Below, one piece after another: positions 38,762-49,643 of a stretch of 64,000 bases of DNA. Origin of the DNA: Bacillota bacterium. Its GTDB lineage: Bacteria > Bacillota > Clostridia > Oscillospirales > Oscillospiraceae. The number at the start of each line of letters is the position of its first letter. Within the stretch, counting starts at the first letter, position 1. Under the pieces are notes generated by a model, which ran no database searches, was not told the origin of the DNA, and saw only the letters and a list, made by a program, of their open reading frames with translations. Location of the stretch: positions 17,532-81,531 of the forward strand of contig JAEXCS010000002.1 of assembly GCA_023402075.1 (NCBI GenBank). The letters are read 5' to 3'. Made by a program: the position numbers and the translations under genes.

Positions 38762-39766
38762 TCAGGCGGCCGCGCCAGCCTCTACCGCGCTTTCGGCAAT
38801 GTCCGCGGGAAGGGTAATGCCCATGCCGTCCAGCACATCGGAATTGACATAGTTGCTGTAAGATGCAATGGTTTCAAAGGGGATGTCGGCACAGGTGGCC
38901 TCGCCCCGGATCACCTTGGCGGCCATCGCGCCGGTCTGGCGGCCCAGCTGCACATAGTCGATTCCGGCGGAAGCAACACAGCCCAGCTTCACCTGCTCAA
39001 TTTCAGAGCCGTACACAGGCACGCCCGCCTCGTTGGTCTTGTCAAGAACAGCAGACAGCACACCCACCACGTTGTTGTCGGTGAGGTTGGAGAAGCAGTC
39101 CACCTTGCGGGAGAGCAACGTGTCTGCGGCCTGCGTTACCTCCGCCTGCGCGGTGACGCCCACGGCGTCAATGGTGAAGCCGTAGTCCCCGGCCTTGGCC
39201 TCATACTCGGCGACAGCAGACACGGAGTTTGGCTCGCTGGTGGTGTACAGAATGCCGATGGTCTTGGCATCGGGCTGCAAGGCCCGAATCAGCTGAAGCT
39301 GTGCGTCCACCGGCAGTGCGTCGGAAGTGCCGGTGACGTTGCCGGAGGCAAGGCCGGCGGCGGCAGGGTCGGTGACGGCCACGAATACCACGGGAATATC
39401 CTTCTCCTCGGCGGCGGCGTAACAGGCCATGGCGGAGGGCGTGGCCACGCCCACCATCATATCCACGTTGTCGGCGGAAAACTTTCCGGCAATCTGTGTA
39501 TTCACGTTGTCGTCAAACCCGCCGTTCTGATAGTCCACGGTGTAGTCCACGTTTTCCACAAGACCAGCCTCGGTCAGGCCCTGAAGAAAGCCCTCCCGGC
39601 AGTTGTCCAGTGAGGCGTGCTGCCCGTATTGCAGCAGGCCGATTTTAAAAGGCTCCTTGGCGGGGGCGGAGGAGCCGGCTGCGGAGGAAGAAGCGCCGTT
39701 GTTGCCGCAAGCGGCAAGGCTCAGCGTCATAGCGGCAGCAAGGGCAAATGTCAAAAACTTTTTCAT
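38762..39766 (-). CDS. ABC substrate-binding lipoprotein, probably tryptophan (TrpX-like)
   Basis: LAAC lipobox, HASLD, VTGTSD, SEPNS; upstream T-box with TGG specifier. Confidence 0.88.
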   Translation of the reverse strand: MKKFLTFALAAAMTLSLAACGNNGASSSAAGSSAPAKEPFKIGLLQYGQHASLDNCREGFLQGLTEAGLVENVDYTVDYQNGGFDDNVNTQIAGKFSADNVDMMVGVATPSAMACYAAAEEKDIPVVFVAVTDPAAAGLASGNVTGTSDALPVDAQLQLIRALQPDAKTIGILYTTSEPNSVSAVAEYEAKAGDYGFTIDAVGVTAQAEVTQAADTLLSRKVDCFSNLTDNNVVGVLSAVLDKTNEAGVPVYGSEIEQVKLGCVASAGIDYVQLGRQTGAMAAKVIRGEATCADIPFETIASYSNYVNSDVLDGMGITLPADIAESAVEAGAAA

Positions 39767-39892
39767 CGTTTCATTCTCCAATCTGTTTTATAAAAATTCA
39801 AGGCTTGTGCAAAGGGTTCTTGGGGACGGCTTTCAAGCTGCGCCATCGGCGCCATCGTTTTTCACGCATACGGTTCCCTCCCTCGAAATATA

Positions 39893-40160
39893 ACAAAAAA
39901 GCCCTGCCCCAATCTTTATTGGGACAAGACTTTCATCCTGCGGTACCACCCAAGTTGACGCAAAGCGCCCGCTCGTTTCACGTACTCTCATACGCGCCGT
40001 GTGGATAACGGGTACGGTTCCCGTCGGTCGCTACTCGCTCTCGTTTTCGCTCCGCCCTCGGCAGTCCATTCAGCTGGGGTTCCCTGCCGCGATCTCACCA
40101 TCCGCGACTCTCTTAAAAGGCTGGCCCTCTGGCTTACTTCTCTGCCTCACAGGTTTATGA
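39893..40160 (-). promoter_or_regulatory. T-box riboswitch, probable Trp specifier
   Basis: AACTTGGGTGGTACCGC T-box, terminator with T-tract, stem I AGAGA/GGTGAGA motifs and GAA-TGG-A specifier loop. Confidence 0.9.
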
Positions 40161-40318
40161 TTGATTGTTTTGCATTATATGCGGGTCTTCGGCGTTTGTC
40201 AATCGTCATTTTTTACAAAGCATGGGGAGTGGCAAATTCGCACCCTGTAAAAAGAGACTTTTCTTTCTTTACTTTTTCCCGGGCAGAGCAAAACTGCCCC
40301 GCCCGGAAAGCAATTGCA

Positions 40319-41113
40319 TCAGGAGAGTAGAACCTGATCCGACTCCTCCTGCACCCCGGCAACCTCCGCAAATTTTTGCAGCAGGTCCGCCTTGGTGAGC
40401 TTTTTCTTTTCCTCGCCGGAGATATCCAGAATAATGCGGCCCGCGTTCATCATGATGAGCCGGTTTCCATGGCTGATGGCATCCTTCATGTTGTGGGTAA
40501 TCATCAGGGCTGTCAGTCCGTTTTCCTGCACAATGCGGTCAGACAGCTCCAGCACCTTTGCCGCCGTGGCGGGGTCCAGCGCCGCCGTGTGTTCGTCCAG
40601 CAGCAGCAGCTTCGGCTTTTGCAGCGCGGCCATCAGCAGCGTCAATGCCTGGCGCTGCCCGCCGGACAGAAGACTCACCTTCACGGTCATCCGGTCCTCC
40701 AGACCAAGGCCCAGAATTTCCAGCCGCTCCCGATAAAACGCCCGCTCCTTTTTCGTCACGCCCCATTTAAGGCCCCGCTTCTGCCCCCGGCGATAGGCAA
40801 GCGCCAAATTTTCCTCAATTTGCATATTGGGGGCGGTTCCCATCATGGGGTCTTGAAACACCCGTCCGATGAAGGGCGCGCGGCGGAATTCCGGCAGGCC
40901 GGTGACATCTGTCCCGTCGATAAGGATGCTGCCCCCGTCCACAGGCCAGACCCCCGCCACCGCGTTGAGCATGGTGGACTTTCCCGCTCCGTTGCCGCCG
41001 ATCACCGTGACAAAATCCCCCTCGCCAAGGTGGAGGTCAAGGCCTTGAAGGGCCTTTTTTTCGTTAATGGTGCCGGGATTAAAGGTCTTGGAGATATGAT
41101 TGATGTCAAGCAT
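40319..41113 (-). CDS. ABC transporter ATPase (operon 2)
   Basis: GGNGAGKST, LSGGQRQ, LDEHTAALDP. Confidence 0.93.
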   Translation of the reverse strand: MLDINHISKTFNPGTINEKKALQGLDLHLGEGDFVTVIGGNGAGKSTMLNAVAGVWPVDGGSILIDGTDVTGLPEFRRAPFIGRVFQDPMMGTAPNMQIEENLALAYRRGQKRGLKWGVTKKERAFYRERLEILGLGLEDRMTVKVSLLSGGQRQALTLLMAALQKPKLLLLDEHTAALDPATAAKVLELSDRIVQENGLTALMITHNMKDAISHGNRLIMMNAGRIILDISGEEKKKLTKADLLQKFAEVAGVQEESDQVLLS

Positions 41114-42080
41114 GTTTGCTTTCCTCCTTCTCCGCGGCTCTTCCCCGGCGGCCCGCCAGCTTGAAAGAGCTTTTGGCCTGCGCCTGCAAATAAGGCACCG
41201 CCAAAAACACCGCCACGATGATCGCCGTGAAAAGCTTCAAATCGTTGGAATTCAGCTTCAGCCACAAAATTAGAGTCATCACCGCGTAGTACAGCACGCC
41301 CCCCGCGATAATAAAGCCCAGCCGCACGCCGAAACTCGCTCCCTTGCGGAAAATGGCGGCGCAAACCACCTCGCCGATAATCACGGCGGCAAGGCCGATC
41401 ACAATGGCGCCCCGGCCCATATTTACGTCTGCAAAGCCCTGATACTGGGTCATCAGACCCCCGGCCAGAGCCACCAGTCCATTGGACAGGCCAAGGCCCA
41501 GAACCTTCATGGAATCAATGTTGATGCCAAGGGCGCGGCTCATGGCGGGGTTGGAGCCGGTGGCGCGGACGGCGCTGCCCTGCTCCGTGCCAAAATACCA
41601 GTACAGCACCGCCACAAGCACCGCCGCAATGGCCAGCCCCGTCAAAATCGCGGGCGGCACATGGCGGGAGGTAATAAAAACGGGGAACTTATCGGGATTT
41701 ACGGACTTGTTAGCCGCCATCCCCATAATGTGCAGGTTAATAGAGTACAATGCAAACTGGGTCAGGATTCCCGCCAGAATGGCCGGAATACCAAACCGTG
41801 TGTGAAGCAGTCCGGTGCAAAGCCCCGCCAGCATCCCGGCGAGAATCGCAGCCAGCACCGCCGCCCAGGCGGGCCAGCCCCCCAGAATCAGCATGGCAGT
41901 CACCGCGCCTCCGGTGGTGAAAGAACCGTCCACCGTCAAATCGGCGATGTCCAGCAAACGAAAGGTAATGTAAACGCCCAGCGCCATCACGCCCCAGACA
42001 ATTCCCTGCGCCACGCCGCCGGGCAGGCTTTTCAACAAATTGACCGGGTCCAGCGAGGCAAAATATGCCGCGAGTTCCAT
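41106..42080 (-). CDS. ABC transporter permease (operon 2)
   Basis: DIADLTVDGSF, TM segments. Confidence 0.92.
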   Translation of the reverse strand: MELAAYFASLDPVNLLKSLPGGVAQGIVWGVMALGVYITFRLLDIADLTVDGSFTTGGAVTAMLILGGWPAWAAVLAAILAGMLAGLCTGLLHTRFGIPAILAGILTQFALYSINLHIMGMAANKSVNPDKFPVFITSRHVPPAILTGLAIAAVLVAVLYWYFGTEQGSAVRATGSNPAMSRALGINIDSMKVLGLGLSNGLVALAGGLMTQYQGFADVNMGRGAIVIGLAAVIIGEVVCAAIFRKGASFGVRLGFIIAGGVLYYAVMTLILWLKLNSNDLKLFTAIIVAVFLAVPYLQAQAKSSFKLAGRRGRAAEKEESKHA

Positions 42081-42218
42081 GGTTTTCTCCTCTTTTCAGT
42101 TATTTTCCTCGGCAGCAGGGGAATGGGGCGTCGACACCCCATTCCTCCGCTGTCGATTCCCCGCCCGGGGACAAAGGCCCTTGCCCCGGGCGGAAAAATC
42201 GGCAGATGCAGGACTTTT

Positions 42219-43223
42219 TTAGCCCTCGATGGCAGTATATCCGTCGGGGATGGTAATACCCAGCGCCGCCGCCCGGTCCGCGTCATACTTCTTCACGGGG
42301 CTGGGATAATACTCGACGGGCATGGCGGAAATATCGCTCTCGCCGGTAAGAATCTTCACGGCCATCTCACCGGTGGTGCGGCCCAGTTCGTAGTAGTCGA
42401 TGGAGAGGGTGGCAATCCCGCAGCCCTTGCAGATGCCTTCCTCGCCGGCAATGATGGGCACGCCCGCAGGCTGAGCCACGTTGTTGATGGCCTCGGTGCA
42501 GCTTGCGGCAGTGTTGTCCGTGGGGATGTACAGCACGTCACTTTCGTTGCAGGCAGTGGTGGTAACGGCGGCCACGTCGTTGGAGTCCGCAAAGGTATAG
42601 GTGTTCACGGTGAGGCCTGCTTTCTCAAGCTCTGCCTTCACCACCTCAGCCTGATAGACGGAGTTCGGCTCGCCGGAGCAGTACAGAATACCGACGGTTT
42701 TGGCATCCGGCACCAGCTCGGTGACCATGGCGGCCTGCTGGTCCAGCGGGGGCAGGTCGGAGGTGCCGGAGATGTTGCCGCCTACGGTTCCGTTAAAATT
42801 ATCAATGCTCAGGGCCACGCCGTACTCGGTAACAGAGGTCCCCAAAATGGGAATTTCGCTGGTGGCAGAAGCCGCCGCCTGAAGGGCAGGCGTTGCGTTT
42901 GCCATAATCAGGTCTACGTTGGAGGAAACCATCTGGGTGGCCATGGTGGAGCAGGTGGCAGAGTCGTTGGCGGCGTTCTGCACGTCAATCGTTACCTGAT
43001 CGCCCAGCTTCTCCTTCAAAACGTCCTGAAACCCCTGGGTGGCGGCATCCAGCGCGGGGTGCTGCACCAACTGAATCACGCCCACCTGATAGACCTTTTC
43101 CCCGCCCGACGCGGCGGCCGATCCGGATGCAGACCCGGACGCGGCAGGAGCGGTCTGCCCGCAGGCGGCCAAACCCAGCGCCATAGCGCAGGCCAGTGCA
43201 AGGGAAAGCAGCTTCTTTTTCAT
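42219..43223 (-). CDS. ABC substrate-binding lipoprotein (aromatic amino acid family, operon 2)
   Basis: LAAC lipobox, HPALD, ISGTSD, GEPNS. Confidence 0.88.
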   Translation of the reverse strand: MKKKLLSLALACAMALGLAACGQTAPAASGSASGSAAASGGEKVYQVGVIQLVQHPALDAATQGFQDVLKEKLGDQVTIDVQNAANDSATCSTMATQMVSSNVDLIMANATPALQAAASATSEIPILGTSVTEYGVALSIDNFNGTVGGNISGTSDLPPLDQQAAMVTELVPDAKTVGILYCSGEPNSVYQAEVVKAELEKAGLTVNTYTFADSNDVAAVTTTACNESDVLYIPTDNTAASCTEAINNVAQPAGVPIIAGEEGICKGCGIATLSIDYYELGRTTGEMAVKILTGESDISAMPVEYYPSPVKKYDADRAAALGITIPDGYTAIEG

Positions 43224-43287
43224 ACGAAATACTTCCTTTCATCTCAAAACAAATCGGTTTGAAGTCTGAATCAGACCCCAAAGCTAT

Positions 43288-43320
43288 AAAAAACGACCCC
43301 GTCCAAAGGACGGAGCCGCC
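43288..43320 (-). terminator. Leader terminator of ABC operon 2
   Basis: GCGGCTCCGTCC-TTT-GGACGGGGTCGT-TTTTT upstream of SBP start. Confidence 0.75.
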
Positions 43321-43348
43321 TTCCATACAAAAAGCAAAACTCGGTCTT

Positions 43349-43447
43349 TCAGGCGTTCTCCCACTTTAAAGCAGTGCAATAACGGCCCGCAAAGCGAACC
43401 TTGGTAAAGTAGCGGAAAGAAACGCAGTCAATCAAATTTTTGTTCAT
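43349..43447 (-). CDS. Candidate leader peptide MNKNLIDCVSFRYFTKVRFAGRYCTALKWENA
   Basis: AAAGGAG RBS; 32 aa with 3 Phe, 2 Tyr, 1 Trp; ends just before a terminator. Confidence 0.6.
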   Translation of the reverse strand: MNKNLIDCVSFRYFTKVRFAGRYCTALKWENA

Positions 43448-43839
43448 GGGGCAGCGCTCCTTTCTTTCATCCGTCAATTCAGACTCAAATTTCTTTTACA
43501 GTATATAGCTTTAAATAGCTAAATTCAATTGTCATTTTATATAAAATCGACTGAATAATTTTTTCTTATTTTCACAAATTTAAAAAAACGTGCAGAAATC
43601 CGCACTGTTCGTTGACAATCGTGCCGGAATGCGATATAAATATAAAGTGTTTTTTATAGCGTGCCCCGGAGGGAAAACGCGTATGAAGCCACCCTGAAAA
43701 TCAAAGACCGAAGACCGTGGATTGCGCTGAAGCCCTTGTAAACCGGGGCCCCTTCACCGCAAGCTATCCACGGTATTTTTATTTTTTGGGGCAAAAAGAC
43801 GATAAAACGGAACAATCGGAAAGGAACAGGTGAACAGCT

Positions 43840-45441
43840 ATGGCAACAAAATTTGTATTTGTGACCGGCGGCGTGGTGTCGGGCCTTGGGAAGGGCATCT
43901 GCGCCGCGTCCCTGGGGCGGCTTTTGAAGCAGCGGGGCGTGCGGGTGCGAAACCAAAAATTTGACCCTTATATTAATGTGGACCCCGGCACCATGAGCCC
44001 CTATCAGCACGGCGAGGTCTTCGTCACCGACGATGGGGCTGAAACGGATCTGGACCTGGGCCACTACGAACGATTTGTGGACGAGACGCTGACGGGGAAC
44101 GCCTCTGTCTCCTCCGGCAAAATCTACTGGTCCGTTTTAAACCGGGAGCGCCGGGGAGATTATCTTGGCGCCACGGTGCAGATCATCCCCCACATCACCG
44201 ATGAAATCAAGGCCCGCATCTACGCCATGGCGGACGAAGATGTGGACGTAGTCATCTGCGAAATCGGCGGCACAGTGGGTGATATTGAGTCTCAGCCCTT
44301 TTTGGAGGCCATCCGCCAGGTGGCGGCCGAGCAGCCGCAGGGCAGCGTGGTGTTCATTCATGTGCCCCTCATTGTTCAGATTCCCGGCAGCGGCGAGCTG
44401 AAAAGTAAGCCCACCCAGCACTCCGTCAAGGAGCTTTTGTCTTTGGGCATTCAGCCGGACATTCTTGTGTGCCGGTGCGACACGCCCATCAGCGACGACA
44501 TGCGCCGGAAAATTGCCCTGTTCTGCAACGTAAGCCCCGACTGCGTGATTCAAAACGCCACAGCCCAGACGCTGTATGAAGTCCCCCTGCTGCTTCAGAA
44601 GGAGGGGCTGGACGAGGCGGTTTGCCGCCGCCTTGGGCTGATTACGCCCCAGCCCGACCTGCGGGAATGGGGCGCCATGGTTCGGCGGGAAAAGGCGGCC
44701 AAGCAGCGGGTCGAAATTGCACTGGTAGGGAAATATACCCAGCTTCACGACGCATATCTTTCCGTTGTGGAGTCCTTGAACCACGCGGGCATTGCAAACA
44801 GCGCGGTGGTGGATATCCGCTGGATTGACTCGGAAACGGTGACGGAGGAAAACGCGGAAGAAATTCTCGCGGGCTGCGCGGGCGTTCTGGTTCCCGGCGG
44901 CTTTGGTGACCGGGGCATTGAGGGAATGATTGCCGCCGTGCGGTACGCCCGGGAGAATGCCATTCCCTTCTTCGGCATTTGCCTTGGAATGCAGATGGCG
45001 GTCATCGAATTTGCCCGCCATGTTTTGGGGAAAGCCGACGCCAACTCCTCCGAGTTTTCTGAAACCACCGCCTACCCCGTCATCGCCCTGATGCCCGATC
45101 AGGTGAATGTGACGGAAAAGGGCGGCACTATGCGCCTTGGAAAATATCCCTGCGTACTGACAAGCGGCACTCGCAGCCATGCGCTGTACGGCGCGGAAGA
45201 AATTTCGGAGCGTCACCGGCACCGGTACGAGTTTAACAACGCCTGCCGCGCAGAGCTGGAGGGCCGGGGCATGAAGCTGGCGGGCCTGTCCCCCGACGGC
45301 AGGCTGGTGGAAATTGTGGAGCTTCCCGAACACCCCTGGTTTGTGGGCGCGCAGTTCCACCCTGAGTTTAAGAGTCGGCCCGACCGGCCGCATCCCCTGT
45401 TTTACGGCTTCGTGCAGGCCGCCGTGGAACAGCAGGGCTAA
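43840..45441 (+). CDS. pyrG: CTP synthase
   Basis: [36 protein letters not shown]. Confidence 0.98.
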   Translation: MATKFVFVTGGVVSGLGKGICAASLGRLLKQRGVRVRNQKFDPYINVDPGTMSPYQHGEVFVTDDGAETDLDLGHYERFVDETLTGNASVSSGKIYWSVLNRERRGDYLGATVQIIPHITDEIKARIYAMADEDVDVVICEIGGTVGDIESQPFLEAIRQVAAEQPQGSVVFIHVPLIVQIPGSGELKSKPTQHSVKELLSLGIQPDILVCRCDTPISDDMRRKIALFCNVSPDCVIQNATAQTLYEVPLLLQKEGLDEAVCRRLGLITPQPDLREWGAMVRREKAAKQRVEIALVGKYTQLHDAYLSVVESLNHAGIANSAVVDIRWIDSETVTEENAEEILAGCAGVLVPGGFGDRGIEGMIAAVRYARENAIPFFGICLGMQMAVIEFARHVLGKADANSSEFSETTAYPVIALMPDQVNVTEKGGTMRLGKYPCVLTSGTRSHALYGAEEISERHRHRYEFNNACRAELEGRGMKLAGLSPDGRLVEIVELPEHPWFVGAQFHPEFKSRPDRPHPLFYGFVQAAVEQQG

Positions 45442-45493
45442 AACCCCCGCAGGCGCAAAGAACGCTGCCCGCGGGCATGAAAGGAAGGTTTTT

Positions 45494-46567
45494 ATGAATC
45501 ATTTCAGCCGGATTGCACAGGCATTGGAACCCCGGGGGTTGGACGCCATGCTGCTCACCGGGGAGGCCAACCGGTTTTACGCCTCGGGCTTCCGCTCCTC
45601 CGGAACGGACGGCGCGGCCCTTGTAACCAGAGAAAAAAACTACTATTTTACCGATGCGCGCTATACCGAAGCGGCGGCGCGGGTTGTGGCGCACGCCGAA
45701 ATCCGGGAGGTGCGGCCTGGGCGGAGCTATGCGGCTTTGATTAACGAGGCCCTTGCGGAGCAGAGCGCCAACGTCGTCGGCTTTGAAGACGCATATATGA
45801 CTGTGGCGGACTATGAGGGGTTTCGCAAGGCCCTCCGCTGTGAATTGGTTCCCGCAGCGGACATGCTTGCACAGCTGCGCCGGGTGAAGGACGAAGAAGA
45901 ACAATCCGCGCTGATATCCGCCCAGCGCATTGCCGAGCGGGCACTGGAGGATATCCTGAAGGAAATCCGTCCCGGAAAAACGGAAAAGGAAATTGCCGCA
46001 CGGCTTCAGTATCTCATGCTGCACTATGGTGCGGAGGACATGTCCTTTGACCCCATCGTGGTGTCCGGCCCCAACGGAAGCCTGCCCCACGGGGTTCCCA
46101 GTCTCCGGGAAATTCAAAGCGGTGAATTTGTCACCATGGACTTCGGCTGTATCTTCCATGGTTACTGCTCCGACATGACCCGCACTGTGGCGGTGGGGTC
46201 TGTATCGGAAGAAATGGGCCGGGTATACGAAACCGTGCTGGCAGCCCAGCAGGCAGGAATTGCTGCTGCCGCCGCGGGCGTGACGGGCCGGGCCGTGGAC
46301 GGCGCGGCACGGCAGGTCATTGAGGACGCGGGCTACGGCGACTATTTTTCCCACAGCTTTGGTCACGGCGTGGGGGTGGAAATTCACGAGTCTCCCAATG
46401 CTTCTGCCCGAAATGAGGAGCCTTTGCCAGCCGGAGCGGTCATCTCCGCAGAGCCGGGGATTTACCTCCCGGGCAAACTGGGCGTGCGCATCGAGGACGT
46501 AATTATTGTAAAGGATGGCGGCTGCACGGACATCACCCTTGCCCCCAAAAAGCTGCTGGTTCTGTAA
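45494..46567 (+). CDS. Xaa-Pro aminopeptidase/dipeptidase (M24B)
   Basis: DFG....YCSDMTRT, HSFGHGVG.EIHE, EPGIY, GVRIED. Confidence 0.93.
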   Translation: MNHFSRIAQALEPRGLDAMLLTGEANRFYASGFRSSGTDGAALVTREKNYYFTDARYTEAAARVVAHAEIREVRPGRSYAALINEALAEQSANVVGFEDAYMTVADYEGFRKALRCELVPAADMLAQLRRVKDEEEQSALISAQRIAERALEDILKEIRPGKTEKEIAARLQYLMLHYGAEDMSFDPIVVSGPNGSLPHGVPSLREIQSGEFVTMDFGCIFHGYCSDMTRTVAVGSVSEEMGRVYETVLAAQQAGIAAAAAGVTGRAVDGAARQVIEDAGYGDYFSHSFGHGVGVEIHESPNASARNEEPLPAGAVISAEPGIYLPGKLGVRIEDVIIVKDGGCTDITLAPKKLLVL

Positions 46568-46947
46568 TGGACTTTTCCCTGCCGGGTGCTGTGCCCCGGT
46601 TGTTATTGATACGTGCTGATTGGATAAAATTCAGGAAAATATTTGCTGCCACATAATTGTGCAAAAAGCCGAATATGTTACGGCAGAGGGATGTATTTTA
46701 CGCTCCAAGCACATTTTTTTAACAGATTTTGAGAAAAACAGAGTTGAAAATCTCCACATATATAATTGTTTTGATATTCCAAACAAAATTTTAACGGTTT
46801 TTACAATAAAACAATGAAAAATCCAGCATTTCCCTGAGTGTCTTGACGAACAACTTTAGTGCGTGTACAATGAGTATGCAAAATGTGCATGGACCGTGCA
46901 CCGTTTTGTAAAGCACTAATTCATTAAATTGAAAGAGGGGAAAATTA

Positions 46948-48852
46948 GTGGAGAAAAACAACTACCAACCTTACATCGCAGCGGACAAGGTCGTACCTGA
47001 ATTTACCGTGGTATCCATCATTCTTGGTGCAATTTTGGCGATTGTCTTCGGCGGTGCAAACGCGTATCTGGGACTGCGCGTGGGCATGACGGTTTCCGCG
47101 TCTATTCCGGCGGCGGTGCTGTCCATGGGAATCATCCGGTTTATTCTCAAGCGGGATTCCATTCTGGAAAACAACATGGTGCAGACCATCGGGTCTGCGG
47201 GTGAATCTGTGGCCGCGGGCGCAATCTTCACCCTGCCCGCGCTGTTTATGTGGGCAGACGAGGGTGTGTGCGACGCGCCGTCTCTGATTGAAATTGGCCT
47301 GATTGCCTTAATCGGCGGCGTTTTGGGCGTGCTGTTTATGGTGCCCCTGCGTTCCGCTCTGATTGTAAAAGAGCATGGCACGCTGGCTTATCCCGAGGGG
47401 CAGGCCTGCGCAGAGGTTCTGATCGCGGGAGAAGAGGGTGGCTCCAAGGCCTCCACCGTGTTTGCAGGCCTTGGAATTGCGGCAGCATACAAGTTTATCG
47501 CCGACGGCCTTAAAGTGTTCCCCAGTGAAGTTGCCTATCAGGTTCCCGGCCTAAAGGGCGCAGGGGTCGGCATGGACGTGTTGCCCGCTCTGGCCGGTGT
47601 GGGCTACATATGCGGCGTGAAGGTGTCTTCTTATTTGTTTGCAGGCGGCGTGACGGCGTGGTTTGTTCTGATGCCGCTGATTGCCCTGTTTGGCGGGGAT
47701 ACCATCATGTTCCCTGCGGACAAGACCGTGACTGCTTTGCTTCTGGAAGGCGGCCCGGATGCCATTTGGAGCAAGTTTATCCGTTATATCGGCGCCGGTG
47801 CGGTGCTGGCAGGCGGCATTATGAGCCTAATCAGTTCGCTGCCTCTGATTGTGCGCACCTTTAAGGAAGCAATCGGCGGATACGGCAAAAACGGAGCTTC
47901 CACCCTGCGCACAGAGCAGGATCTGTCTATGAAGGTTTTGATGGCCGGCGTTGCCGTTATGGCAGTGGCCATGTGGCTGATTCCGTCCATTCCCCTGAAT
48001 CTGTTCGGGGCGCTGATTGTGGTTATTTTCGGTTTCTTCTTTGCAACGGTTTCTTCCCGCATGGTGGGGTTGATCGGCTCGTCCAACAACCCTGTCTCCG
48101 GCATGGCAATTGCCACGCTGCTGATTGCAACACTGCTGTTGAAGGCCACCGGACAGGACGGCCCGCAGGGCATGGTCGCAGCTATTACAATTGGCGGCAT
48201 CATCTGTGTAATTGCGGCCATTGCCGGTGATACTTCTCAGGATTTGAAGACCGGTTTCTTGGTGGGCGCCACCCCCAAGAAGCAGCAGATCGGAGAAATT
48301 ATCGGCTGCATCGTTTCCGCCATTGCCATCGGCGCGATTATGTATCTGCTCAGCGCCGCTTGGGGTTACGGTACCAACGAGCTGCCCGCTCCTCAGGCTA
48401 TTTTGATGAAGATGGTGGTTGAGGGCGTTATGGGCGGCAACCTGCCGTGGACACTGGTGTTCACCGGCGTGTTCATCGCGGTTGTTGTAAAGGTGCTGGG
48501 CATTCCCGTGCTGCCCTTTGCCATCGGTCTGTATCTGCCGATCTACCTCTCCACCCCGATTATGGCCGGCGGCCTTCTGCGGTGGTTTATGGAAAAGCGC
48601 AAGTATTCCTCTGAAAAGGCGAAAAACAGCGCGGTGCAATCCGGTGTGCTTTACACCTCCGGCCTGATCGCAGGAGAAGGCATCGTGGGCATTTTGCTGG
48701 CGGTGTTTGCCGTGGCGAAGCTGGACGTAAACATTTCCGGCATATTCAGCATTGGCCAAATCGGCGCGTTGGTGTGCTTTGCCGTCATTCTGTTCACTAT
48801 TTATGCTTTTGCAAAAAAGGCCGCACAGGAAGCGGAAAAGACTGCCCAGTAA
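46948..48852 (+). CDS. OPT-family oligopeptide transporter
   Basis: YLGLRVG, ENNMVQT, YPEG.ACA, SNNPVSG, QDLKTG; TTGACG-17-TACAAT promoter at 46843-46871. Confidence 0.93.
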   Translation: MEKNNYQPYIAADKVVPEFTVVSIILGAILAIVFGGANAYLGLRVGMTVSASIPAAVLSMGIIRFILKRDSILENNMVQTIGSAGESVAAGAIFTLPALFMWADEGVCDAPSLIEIGLIALIGGVLGVLFMVPLRSALIVKEHGTLAYPEGQACAEVLIAGEEGGSKASTVFAGLGIAAAYKFIADGLKVFPSEVAYQVPGLKGAGVGMDVLPALAGVGYICGVKVSSYLFAGGVTAWFVLMPLIALFGGDTIMFPADKTVTALLLEGGPDAIWSKFIRYIGAGAVLAGGIMSLISSLPLIVRTFKEAIGGYGKNGASTLRTEQDLSMKVLMAGVAVMAVAMWLIPSIPLNLFGALIVVIFGFFFATVSSRMVGLIGSSNNPVSGMAIATLLIATLLLKATGQDGPQGMVAAITIGGIICVIAAIAGDTSQDLKTGFLVGATPKKQQIGEIIGCIVSAIAIGAIMYLLSAAWGYGTNELPAPQAILMKMVVEGVMGGNLPWTLVFTGVFIAVVVKVLGIPVLPFAIGLYLPIYLSTPIMAGGLLRWFMEKRKYSSEKAKNSAVQSGVLYTSGLIAGEGIVGILLAVFAVAKLDVNISGIFSIGQIGALVCFAVILFTIYAFAKKAAQEAEKTAQ

Positions 48853-48942
48853 GCAAGGGTATCCATATATTTTGAGAAAAACCCTTCCGGGCTGTATACT
48901 TCACGGTATACAGCCCGGTTTGGGCAAACAGGAGCGATGCGT

Positions 48943-49302
48943 ATGGCCAAAAAGAAATCGGAGAATTATTTAGATTACGTACTTCTGGTGAATCCTCAAA
49001 ACGATTGGGATGAGCAGGAGGATACGGTCACAATCCATATGATCCATCGTGGACTTTACGCAAGGATTGCCCAGAAATTTTTTCATACGCCTCGCGTCAG
49101 TCATATTGACCTGGACGGATATGGAAGCTTTCTTTGGAAGCAAATCGACGGGAAGCGTACTGTGGGAGAACTGGCCGAGCGCATGAAAGCGCAGTTTGGC
49201 AAAGAGGCTGAACCTCTGTACGACCGGCTGGTGAAGTATGTCCAGATTCTGCGGAACAATCGGTTTATTCTGGTGCAGGGAAAAGATAAGGAGCCGCGAT
49301 GA
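48943..49302 (+). CDS. PqqD-family protein
   Basis: LDGYGSFLWKQIDGKRTVGEL motif. Confidence 0.8.
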   Translation: MAKKKSENYLDYVLLVNPQNDWDEQEDTVTIHMIHRGLYARIAQKFFHTPRVSHIDLDGYGSFLWKQIDGKRTVGELAERMKAQFGKEAEPLYDRLVKYVQILRNNRFILVQGKDKEPR

Positions 49303-49643
49303 GTAATGGCATGATCGCGCTGGGAATTTTCCTGTTCGCAATTGCCGGGGCGATCCTCTATGTGTGGGGGCTGAAAAAGTCCATGACGCAAAAGGATGAG
49401 CTTCAGCAAATGCTGCTGAGTAAATGCAGCGGAAAAGTAATCCGGCATTTAAAAAAGGATGGGACAATCTCTGAAAAGGAAATAGCGTCCGTGGTAGCAG
49501 GCGTGCAGGTTGGCCAGTTTTGGTCCAGACGCCGCGCGGCGGTGCAAAACCCCAAAACGTTTACAAAGCAGCTTATTGAGTTTCTTCTGACGCAGCAGTA
49601 TATCGAGCCCGCAGATAAGGGACGCTACCGTTTAAGGCGGTAA
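49299..49643 (+). CDS. Small protein with N-terminal membrane anchor
   Basis: ATGA overlap, AAGGAG RBS, one TM helix. Confidence 0.7.
   Translation: MSNGMIALGIFLFAIAGAILYVWGLKKSMTQKDELQQMLLSKCSGKVIRHLKKDGTISEKEIASVVAGVQVGQFWSRRRAAVQNPKTFTKQLIEFLLTQQYIEPADKGRYRLRR

Noticed and set aside
48943..49302. RiPP biosynthetic cluster
   Set aside because: No modifying enzyme or precursor peptide nearby
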